From: Wolbachia endosymbiont of Cimex lectularius
Lineage (GTDB): Bacteria; Pseudomonadota; Alphaproteobacteria; Rickettsiales; Anaplasmataceae
NCBI RefSeq assembly: GCF_000829315.1
Contig: NZ_AP013028.1
Location: forward strand, 180,001 to 212,000
DNA: 32,000 nt
Reading direction: 5' to 3'
Below the pieces are notes generated by a model. That model saw only the letters and a list, made by a program, of their open reading frames with translations. It did not search any database and had not been told where the DNA came from. The position numbers and the translations under genes were made by a program. Each line of letters opens with the position of its first letter. Within the stretch, counting starts at the first letter, position 1. Of this stretch, positions 25,258-32,000 are shown one piece after another.

Positions 25258-25679
25258 GTTTGTAAGCTAGTGTTGAGCTTCCGCTCGCAATTTTTCCACA
25301 ATCGCCTGCACTTTTCTAACCAGGCAAAAGAGCGTTCAACAACCCATCTTTTTGGCAATACGACGAAAGTGTGTAACTCACTTCGCTTTATTACTTCAAC
25401 AGTCGCACCAATGATAGCTTTTATTTGTGTTGCAAAATTTTCTCCTGTGTAGCCAGCATCAACCAGTATGTTTTTAACTTCAGAGAGGTTTGCTTTAGCA
25501 TTTTCGACCATTTTCACAGCACTGCTACGGTCAGTTGCTTCTGCCGTTGTTACATAAATTGCATGTGGCAAACCTTGTGTATCAACTGCAATATGGCGCT
25601 TTATCCCTGAAATCTTTTTACCTGCATCATAGCCTTTTTTTTTCAGCAGTATCTGCGTTTTTAACGCTTTGAGAATCAA
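25218..25679 (-). CDS. IS5-family transposase DDE part with altered C-terminus (runs out of the truncated IS end)
   Basis: Identical to the other orfB copies up to ..NTSLQ, then TLHYLHFISTIQK* read from the adjoining Fic-promoter duplicate. T9 tract at 25635-25643. Confidence 0.7.
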   Translation of the reverse strand: MILKALKTQILLKKKGYDAGKKISGIKRHIAVDTQGLPHAIYVTTAEATDRSSAVKMVENAKANLSEVKNILVDAGYTGENFATQIKAIIGATVEVIKRSELHTFVVLPKRWVVERSFAWLEKCRRLWKNCERKLNTSLQTLHYLHFISTIQK

Positions 25680-26067
25680 TTATACAAAAGCTAGTTTTCT
25701 CTTTCCGACCATTGCTGATACGGACCTCTCCAACTAATTTTTTTTAAGACTAATTCCAACAAGCTTGGCTCTTCTCCATTCTTTTTACTCCACACTCGAA
25801 AATAGTAATATACGCTTTCCCATCTTGGAAAACCCTTTGGTAACATCCTCCACTGACAACCACTTTTTAAGACGTACAACACCCCACAAAATACGTCATA
25901 CAAATCAAGTTTTCTTGGTTTTGTTTTCTGCTTGCTACTCTCCAAAATTGGCCTGATTTTTTCAAACTGCTCTTGACTTATATTACTTGGATAACTTTTC
26001 TGCATAGACACCTCATTATTAATCTATGCTTACTTTACCTCACATTTCCAAGATTTTAAACAGGTTC
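25261..26067 (-). mobile_element. IS5-family insertion sequence, copy 4 (one end truncated, 54 bp missing)
   Basis: Identity with the other copies starts at TGTAAGCTAG (25261). The intact terminal repeat ends at 26067, followed by TAA. No inverted repeat is present at the 25261 side. Confidence 0.9.
25691..26011 (-). CDS. IS5-family transposase, N-terminal part (orfA)
   Basis: Translation identical to the other orfA copies. Confidence 0.85.
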   Translation of the reverse strand: MSMQKSYPSNISQEQFEKIRPILESSKQKTKPRKLDLYDVFCGVLYVLKSGCQWRMLPKGFPRWESVYYYFRVWSKKNGEEPSLLELVLKKISWRGPYQQWSEREN

Positions 26068-26210
26068 TAAAGCAACTCTGGTTTCTTCGATTAATGCTTC
26101 GGTTAGTTTGAGATCAAATCTTCATATTACTTGCTAAGCTTGTATTTTCTTCCTCTGTTGGAAAAGTCTACAATCTCAATAAATCCCATTTCTACCCACT
26201 TTTTACAAAG

Positions 26211-27191
26211 TTACGCACTGGTACGAGGTTTAAAATTAAATAATTTGCCTATTTGACTAGCTGTGATAGTGGAAAATTCCCCGAAGAGTTCAAGAGCCCT
26301 ACGCTGTTTAGGGTCAAGTTTACGTATGAGATCAGCCTGGTCAGTTCTGTGCCCTTCTTCATTTATACGCTGCAACACATTCTCAAATGAATTTGCCATT
26401 CCTTCTATAAAATAATCCACCCTCTTAGTGATGTCTGCTTCAGTTTGTCCCATATAGTAGTTATGCGATGGACCTATACTGATTGCTTCGTAATACGTCC
26501 CAAGATTTTTAGCGTAATATTCTTCCAATGAGTAAAGTCCCTTTAGGTCATATCCACCAAGGTGTAAAATTAATGTAGTCAGCAATCTCGCAGTACGACC
26601 ATTACCATCATAGTAAGGGTGAATTGTTACAAATTGATAATGCACGATACCTGCAATAATTGGGCAAGGCACTTGTTCGCTGTCACGAATCCAATCTACC
26701 ATACTGCTCATGAGCTTTGGCACATCCTTTGCTTCTGGTGACATATAAATTATTGCACGTGTGCGACTGTCACGAATAACGTTTTGACCATCTTGATAAG
26801 GGGTTGGTTTCACCTTAGATTTTCCACCTGCCATTACTAGGGCATGTAGTGTTTGAATAGTTTTTTCAGTAATAGGTATTCCCCTTGCTGCCCATTGTTC
26901 AATTTGAGTTAAAGCTGCATAATATCCTTTAACCTCATTTTCATCTCTCTGATACTTTTGGAAGTGACCTTTATGTTTTAAAATCTCTTCAATCTGTTTA
27001 GGCTCAAGTCGGTTTCCTTCAATCATAGTGGAATAGTGTGTGGTATAGAGCCGTGCAGTTTCACGAAGAGACGAAAGCATTGATACAGTGAGTGGCAAAT
27101 GCAACACTTTTTCTTTTGCTGCTTCGATTCTCATAAGATAGCTAGCAATTTTGGAGGTAATTGCATAGTTTGTTATAAACTTCATCGGCAC
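26211..27191 (-). CDS. Fic family protein (class II, AMPylase-type), C-terminally shortened by an in-frame stop
   Basis: Active-site motif HPYYDGNGRTAR. N-terminal inhibitory-helix motif S-x-x-x-E-G (STMIEGN). After the TAA at 26211-26213 the same frame continues for 27 codons (LCKKWVEMGFIEIVDFSNRGRKYKLSK*, to 26127), which completes a winged-helix tail. Confidence 0.85.
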   Translation of the reverse strand: MPMKFITNYAITSKIASYLMRIEAAKEKVLHLPLTVSMLSSLRETARLYTTHYSTMIEGNRLEPKQIEEILKHKGHFQKYQRDENEVKGYYAALTQIEQWAARGIPITEKTIQTLHALVMAGGKSKVKPTPYQDGQNVIRDSRTRAIIYMSPEAKDVPKLMSSMVDWIRDSEQVPCPIIAGIVHYQFVTIHPYYDGNGRTARLLTTLILHLGGYDLKGLYSLEEYYAKNLGTYYEAISIGPSHNYYMGQTEADITKRVDYFIEGMANSFENVLQRINEEGHRTDQADLIRKLDPKQRRALELFGEFSTITASQIGKLFNFKPRTSA

Positions 27192-27193
27192 AA

Positions 27194-27239
27194 TATCTGC
27201 ATTATATTACTTTTGTATTGTGCTGATAAAATGCAGATA
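27194..27239 (-). promoter_or_regulatory. candidate Fic promoter bracketed by a 10-bp perfect inverted repeat (possible operator)
   Basis: Minus strand reads TTATCA (27224-27229), 17 nt, TATAAT (27201-27206). The arms TATCTGCATT (27194-27203) and AATGCAGATA (27230-27239) flank and overlap the hexamers. The GTG start at 27191 lies only about 10 nt from the -10 hexamer. Confidence 0.4.
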
Positions 27240-27360
27240 ATGCAACATACAATGCAACTTCTTCAGTTATGGATCTAGCAATCACAGACTTGAATTCTAT
27301 AATATTTCGTGTCACATTACTTAGGGATACTGCACCTAAGAAATTTTAATAGCTACACAC

Positions 27361-28239
27361 ATGTTAATCAGAATAGGTACCAGAGGAAGCAGCCTTGCGA
27401 TTGCTCAAGCTTTAGAGGCAAAACAAAAGTTGCTGGACTCTTTTCCTGGTTTATCTTCTGAGATCATTGAAATAAAAACTTCTGGTGACAAGTATACCAA
27501 TGCAAACCTCGCCGAAATAGGAGGTAAAGGACTGTTCCTCAAAGAAATTGAGACTGAATTGCTTGAGAATAATATAGACATGGCAGTTCATTCGCTAAAG
27601 GATGTCCCTGCATTTTTCTCGAAAGATTTAGCAATTCCTTGTGTTTTAGAGAGGTTAAGTCCATGTGATACATTTATTTCTAATAAATATAACAGCCTTG
27701 AGGCTTTGCCGCAGCGAGCATTGATTGCAACTTCCTCAATAAGAAGAAAAGTTCAGCTACTAAATTTCAGACCAGATCTAAATATAGTGCCACTTCGTGG
27801 AAATGTGACAACTAGATTGCAAAATCATAGTTTTGATGGAATAATTCTAGCTGAAGCAGGGCTCATAAGGTTAAAAAAGCATCACTTAGTTACAGAGGTA
27901 TTACCACCAAAAATCATGTTAAGTGCAGTAGGGCAGGGGGTAATTTGCATTCAATGTCGAAAAAATGATGTAAAAATTATCAATCTTTTAGAGAAAATTA
28001 ATAATAATATGTCTTTTATAATGGCAAAGTCGGAACGTAGCTTCATGAAGACAGTAAATGGTTCATGCTTTACACCACTTGCAGCTTTGGCGGAATATGT
28101 GAGTGAAAATATGCTACATCTTCGTTGTATGTTAGCAGACGAAGAAAACATATACTTTACTGAGCGCACTTCATTTGCAGAAGATGCAGAAAAAATGGGT
28201 ATGGATGCAGGATTAGAGTTGAAATCAAAATGCTTATAA
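27361..28239 (+). CDS. hemC: hydroxymethylbilane synthase (porphobilinogen deaminase)
   Basis: 292 aa with IRIGTRGS.LA..Q, ..GGKGLF.KE.E..L......D.AVHS.KD.P and LRGN..TRL blocks. Confidence 0.94.
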   Translation: MLIRIGTRGSSLAIAQALEAKQKLLDSFPGLSSEIIEIKTSGDKYTNANLAEIGGKGLFLKEIETELLENNIDMAVHSLKDVPAFFSKDLAIPCVLERLSPCDTFISNKYNSLEALPQRALIATSSIRRKVQLLNFRPDLNIVPLRGNVTTRLQNHSFDGIILAEAGLIRLKKHHLVTEVLPPKIMLSAVGQGVICIQCRKNDVKIINLLEKINNNMSFIMAKSERSFMKTVNGSCFTPLAALAEYVSENMLHLRCMLADEENIYFTERTSFAEDAEKMGMDAGLELKSKCL

Positions 28240-29117
28240 GCTTACCTAAGGTACGTGGAATCTATCGCTGTAATGTTTTGATGTCTAAAATGACGTGGTT
28301 GAATGTCGGTGGACAAGCTGATGTATTATTTAAACCACGTGATATTGAAGGTTTAACATGCTTGATTAAAGATACTGAATTGCCAATTAATGTTATCGGT
28401 GCAACATCCAACGTAATAGTGCGAGATAGTGGCATTCGAGGCATAACAGTGAAATTGGGTAAGGAGTTTGCGTATATTACATGTAAAGGTAGCAATTCTA
28501 TTGTTGCAGGTGCTGCTGCGCTACTTAGCAATCTCGCTTACTTTGCCGGGGAACAAAAAATTAGTGGACTTGAGTTTTTGGTTGGAATTCCAGGCACAGT
28601 TGGCGGTGGACTAGAAATGAATGCAGGTGCGTATGGTAGTGGTATAGCAAGTGTTGTACAATCGATAAAAGCAGTGAACTTAGAAGATGGAAATCTATAT
28701 GAACTCTCCAACGAAGAGATGGGTTATTTTTACCGTGGGCACAGCTTGAAGGGGCAGTGGATTTTCGTTGAAGCTGAATTTAAAGGAGTAAATTCAGAAT
28801 ATGAGGCTATATTGCGTAGGCTAAAGGAAATTATCGATAAAAAAAACAAAAGCCAACCAATAAGAGGGAAAACTGCTGGTTGCATATTCAAAAATCCAAA
28901 AGACTACCAGGCATGGGAATTGATTGATAAATCCGGCTGTCGAGGGTTAGATAACGGTGGAGCTAAAATTTCTAAGAAACATTGTAATTTTCTGCTCAAT
29001 TACAATAATGCAACTGCATCTGACTTGGAAAACCTTGGCAACAAGGTAAGAGATACAGTGAGAGATAAGTTTAACGTTGAGCTTGAGTGGGAAATAAGGG
29101 TCTTAGGTGGCTATTAG
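28230..29117 (+). CDS. murB: UDP-N-acetylenolpyruvoylglucosamine reductase
   Basis: 295 aa with an FAD-binding-type N-domain (W.NVGG.A..LF.P.D...L) and GIPGTVGG...MNAGAYG, AGC.FKNP blocks. 10-nt overlap with hemC. Confidence 0.93.
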   Translation: MLISLPKVRGIYRCNVLMSKMTWLNVGGQADVLFKPRDIEGLTCLIKDTELPINVIGATSNVIVRDSGIRGITVKLGKEFAYITCKGSNSIVAGAAALLSNLAYFAGEQKISGLEFLVGIPGTVGGGLEMNAGAYGSGIASVVQSIKAVNLEDGNLYELSNEEMGYFYRGHSLKGQWIFVEAEFKGVNSEYEAILRRLKEIIDKKNKSQPIRGKTAGCIFKNPKDYQAWELIDKSGCRGLDNGGAKISKKHCNFLLNYNNATASDLENLGNKVRDTVRDKFNVELEWEIRVLGGY

Positions 29118-29401
29118 GCGGTTTTTACAGCTACTGTATTTCCCAGTTGTTCAACACTATCTATTATTCAGTTCTATGTTATTTTAGGTAAAAAGTCAAC
29201 CTTTTTCTTAATATATTAATAAAGAGAAAAACAGGAGTTAGATAAGCGAGAAAGACGCATATAAATATTTAAAAAATATAAATCTTGCCTGTGTTAATAG
29301 AATATGAAATCACCATTCATTACAAAGTTAGTAAAGATTCTGGTTTACTTAAAGTTCGTTAATTGTTATTTTTTAAAGTACAGTATTTACTATAGCGCCG
29401 T

Positions 29402-30028
29402 ATGCTTAGGATTTTTTCTGAAGTTTTGTTTATATTAATGTTTTTTGGTTTTAGTCTTTTTGTTTCACGTGATACTGAAGCTAAATCTAAGGTGAAACTT
29501 AGTAAGAAATATGTACCACAAGGTAATCCTGGCGGTACAAACTTTCATGAAGATGAGGATTTTGCTGAGTCATATAGACTATATGAAAAGCGCAGGGAAC
29601 TCCTAAAGAAAAAAAAGTTGCAAGGCCGAGCTAATGCTAACATAGACAAAGAAAGCCTAGCCAAGAAATTAAAAGAAAAAAAAATTGCTCTTCTTAGTAA
29701 TAAACCAAGTGACATGGAAGCTTGTATAGTCGAAGATGAAAAGGATGCTATGGTAAATCAGCATGGCATCAACATCACACGCTTGAAAGGAGCTGTATTC
29801 ATAGATCAAGCTCAATATGAAGGTGAGCAACTTGAAAGCAAACGACAGGAAGGAAAAAAGGCTACTACAATACGAGAGAAAAAAATCTCCCCTATAAATG
29901 TTACTATAAAAGATACTACATCAAAAAAAACATGCTCGCGTGATTCCATTGCCGATCTAAATAACGCGACGCAGCACAGCTTGAACGGTTCGAATTCATT
30001 TGGAAGTGTAGCTGATACAGCAAAATAG
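29402..30028 (+). CDS. hypothetical secreted or membrane-anchored Lys/Glu-rich protein
   Basis: 208-aa ORF with a hydrophobic signal-like N-terminus ([15 protein letters not shown]) followed by low-complexity charged sequence. No recognisable domain. Confidence 0.55.
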   Translation: MLRIFSEVLFILMFFGFSLFVSRDTEAKSKVKLSKKYVPQGNPGGTNFHEDEDFAESYRLYEKRRELLKKKKLQGRANANIDKESLAKKLKEKKIALLSNKPSDMEACIVEDEKDAMVNQHGINITRLKGAVFIDQAQYEGEQLESKRQEGKKATTIREKKISPINVTIKDTTSKKTCSRDSIADLNNATQHSLNGSNSFGSVADTAK

Positions 30029-30044
30029 GTTAGTCGTTAATGAC

Positions 30045-31319
30045 ATGTTGAATGAGGATTTGGTAGATTATAACTTGAGTGATGAACCCACCTCTCGACA
30101 TAAGACTCATACTGTAAAAGTTGGACAAGTGAAAATAGGTGGAAATAACCCTGTAGTTGTTCAATCCATGGCACTTGGTGTACACATAGATTCTGACGAC
30201 ATAAAAGGCAGTGCTAAGCAATATGCAAAAGAAGTAATGGAGTTAGCACATGCGGGTTCGGAGTTGGTGAGAATTGCTTTAAACTCAGAGGAAGTAGCAA
30301 AAGCAATACCTTATGTAGTAGAAGAGTTGAATGAAGAAGGCTTCGACGGTAAGATACTGGTAGGTTGTGGGCAATATGAGCTGGACAGGCTGGTTCAAGA
30401 TTATCCAGACAACATTAAGATGCTGGGTAAAATTAGGATGAATCCAGGTAATATAGGCTTTGGAGACAAACGTGATGAAAAATTTGAAAGGGTTATAGAG
30501 TATGCAATAAAGCACGACATTCCGATTAGAATTGGAGTAAATTGGGGCAGCCTTGATAAGTACCTTTCACAAAAACTAATGGATGAGAACTCCTTGTCTA
30601 GTAATCCAAAACCTTCTGATGTTGTATTGCGCAAGGCACTTGTAATGTCAGCTCTGAGCAGTGCACAGAAGGCTGAAGAAATTGGCCTCAGTGTGGATAA
30701 AATAATCATTTCGTGTAAGGTTAGTAGAGTGCAAGATTTAATCTCAGTTTACACAGCGCTTGCAAAATCCTCCAATTATGCTTTGCACTTGGGCTTAACT
30801 GAAGCTGGCATGGGCAACAAAGGCGTGATAAATACTACGGCAGGGCTTACTTACTTATTACAAAATGGTATTGGAGACACGATACGTGCTTCTTTAACTC
30901 AACGCCCTGGCGAATCACGAACTAACGAAGTGACAGTATGTCAAGAAATATTGCAGTCTATAGGTTTACGTCACTTTAATCCTCAAGTTAGCTCATGTCC
31001 CGGATGTGGGCGCACAAATAGCGATCGTTTTCGGGTATTAACTGAAGAAGTAAATGATTATATAAAAACTTGCATGCCGATCTGGAAGAAAAAAAATCCA
31101 GGTGTGGAGCATATGAGTATTGCTGTTATGGGATGCATCGTAAATGGTCCTGGAGAAAGTAAACACGCAAATTTGGGAATCAGCTTACCTGGATATGGAG
31201 AAAAGCCCGTTTCAGCAGTTTATAAAGACGGCAAATACTTTAAAACTTTACAAGGCAATAACATCTTTGGAGAATTTAAGGCAATTATTGATAATTATGT
31301 AAAGGAGCATTACACATAA
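30045..31319 (+). CDS. ispG: 4-hydroxy-3-methylbut-2-en-1-yl diphosphate synthase
   Basis: 424 aa with V.VG...[23 protein letters not shown] and the C-terminal Fe-S Cys motif SCPGCGRT... Confidence 0.95.
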   Translation: MLNEDLVDYNLSDEPTSRHKTHTVKVGQVKIGGNNPVVVQSMALGVHIDSDDIKGSAKQYAKEVMELAHAGSELVRIALNSEEVAKAIPYVVEELNEEGFDGKILVGCGQYELDRLVQDYPDNIKMLGKIRMNPGNIGFGDKRDEKFERVIEYAIKHDIPIRIGVNWGSLDKYLSQKLMDENSLSSNPKPSDVVLRKALVMSALSSAQKAEEIGLSVDKIIISCKVSRVQDLISVYTALAKSSNYALHLGLTEAGMGNKGVINTTAGLTYLLQNGIGDTIRASLTQRPGESRTNEVTVCQEILQSIGLRHFNPQVSSCPGCGRTNSDRFRVLTEEVNDYIKTCMPIWKKKNPGVEHMSIAVMGCIVNGPGESKHANLGISLPGYGEKPVSAVYKDGKYFKTLQGNNIFGEFKAIIDNYVKEHYT

Positions 31320-31327
31320 CCATCCAA

Positions 31328-31555
31328 GGGCGTCATGCCAGCGCCTCCTTTTCTTGTCATCCCAGTGCTCCAGCACTGGGATCTAGCTTTTCCATAATCA
31401 TCAAAACGTCGTATTTTAACATAAAACAGCTACTTTTATACTCACCAACTTAATAAAATTCCTGGATGCCAGTGTCAAGCACTGGCATGACACCCTAGTG
31501 GTAGGCTCAAATCACAATGTTCGTACAGTTGTGCGTCACGCGCTGGAATGACACC
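31328..31555. repeat. MITE-like palindromic element (copy 3) with an extra half-site at its left end
   Basis: 31354-31555 is near-identical to 13500-13702. It is preceded by GGGCGTCATGCCAGCGCC, a further terminal-repeat-like half-site. It begins 9 bp after the ispG stop. Confidence 0.75.
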
Positions 31556-31559
31556 CTCC

Positions 31560-32000
31560 TATGCAGTTCATAAATTGCAACTAGCTATAAGCGTTAAAAA
31601 ATTTACCAAGCGAAGAAAAAAGCAAAAGAAGCCCTGGTCACAGTCTATTTTAGTATTGGCGTTTTTATGCCTTAAACGCTGCAATTTAGCTGCTTTTAAA
31701 CGCAACTAGTCTAAGCTATAATATTTAAGAAATTTACCAAGTAGAAGAAAAAAACAATAAAACCCTGAGGTAGCTAGTTATTCCACTCTCTATTTTAAAA
31801 TCCGGCGTTGGGTGATGTTTTAAACTACTTATAAGCGCGTTTCAGCTTGTATGGGCAAAAACCCGAAGTTTTAAAAAGACATGCAGTGCACAGATTGAGA
31901 GGTTAAACAAATAGCTTCAGTATCATTATAAGGGTAACGGCGAAGGTTGTCAAGTAATTTTTTTGTTTCATAGCATGTCAAAATTGGTTTGCTGTGCAAG
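31560..32000. repeat. composite intergenic repeat, copy P3 (promoter-bearing; runs to the window edge)
   Basis: Reverse complement of 22690-23160 minus a 63-bp segment. Contains two tandem related subunits that each start CAACTAG..CTATA..TTTAAGAAATTTACCAAG. Confidence 0.75.
31925..31953 (-). promoter_or_regulatory. consensus sigma70 promoter with upstream A-tract (copy P3)
   Basis: Minus strand reads gaaacaaaaaaattac-TTGACA-17 nt-TATAAT, with both hexamers perfect. It fires leftwards into repeat sequence, towards the ispG 3' end. Confidence 0.55.

Noticed and set aside
6604-26067. Regularly recurring identical sequence blocks that might suggest a CRISPR-like array.
   Set aside because: The repeats are 0.86-kb IS elements and 70-470-bp dispersed repeats with irregular spacing. 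No short direct-repeat/spacer array and no cas genes are visible.

Overview
AT-rich Rickettsiales-type chromosome segment, most likely from a Wolbachia-like (Anaplasmataceae) endosymbiont. This is inferred from gene content, an IS5-family element of the type I recall from Wolbachia, and palindromic intergenic or in-gene repeats; no database search was possible. Conserved core blocks are glyQ-glyS-uvrC, hemB, nuoJKLMN-birA-ccmD-ccmE, mlaF/mlaE (minus strand), hemC-murB and ispG. Two degraded accessory zones interrupt them. Zone 1 (about 5960-13180) holds a 5'-truncated DUF1016/YhcG-type nuclease gene and three copies of one 861-bp IS5-family element. It also holds a five-gene minus-strand operon of unrecognisable function that those IS copies cut and truncate. 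Zone 2 (about 22540-27250) holds a large serine recombinase pseudogene (frameshift plus catalytic Ser->Leu), a 71-bp direct repeat pair, and a fourth, end-truncated IS copy. It also holds a class II Fic gene with an in-frame premature stop, bracketed by 87-bp direct repeats. Three long intergenic regions (13.2-14.1 kb, 22.5-23.3 kb, 31.3-32.0 kb) are mosaics of shared repeats. One repeat is a roughly 200-bp MITE-like palindromic element, and a mini-version of it sits in frame inside birA. The other is a composite repeat that carries, in all three copies, an A-tract plus a near-consensus sigma70 promoter firing into non-coding repeat sequence. Two of those copies contain a small hydrophobic ORF. 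No rRNA, tRNA or CRISPR array was found. All family assignments come from motif recognition in the supplied translations, not from searches.
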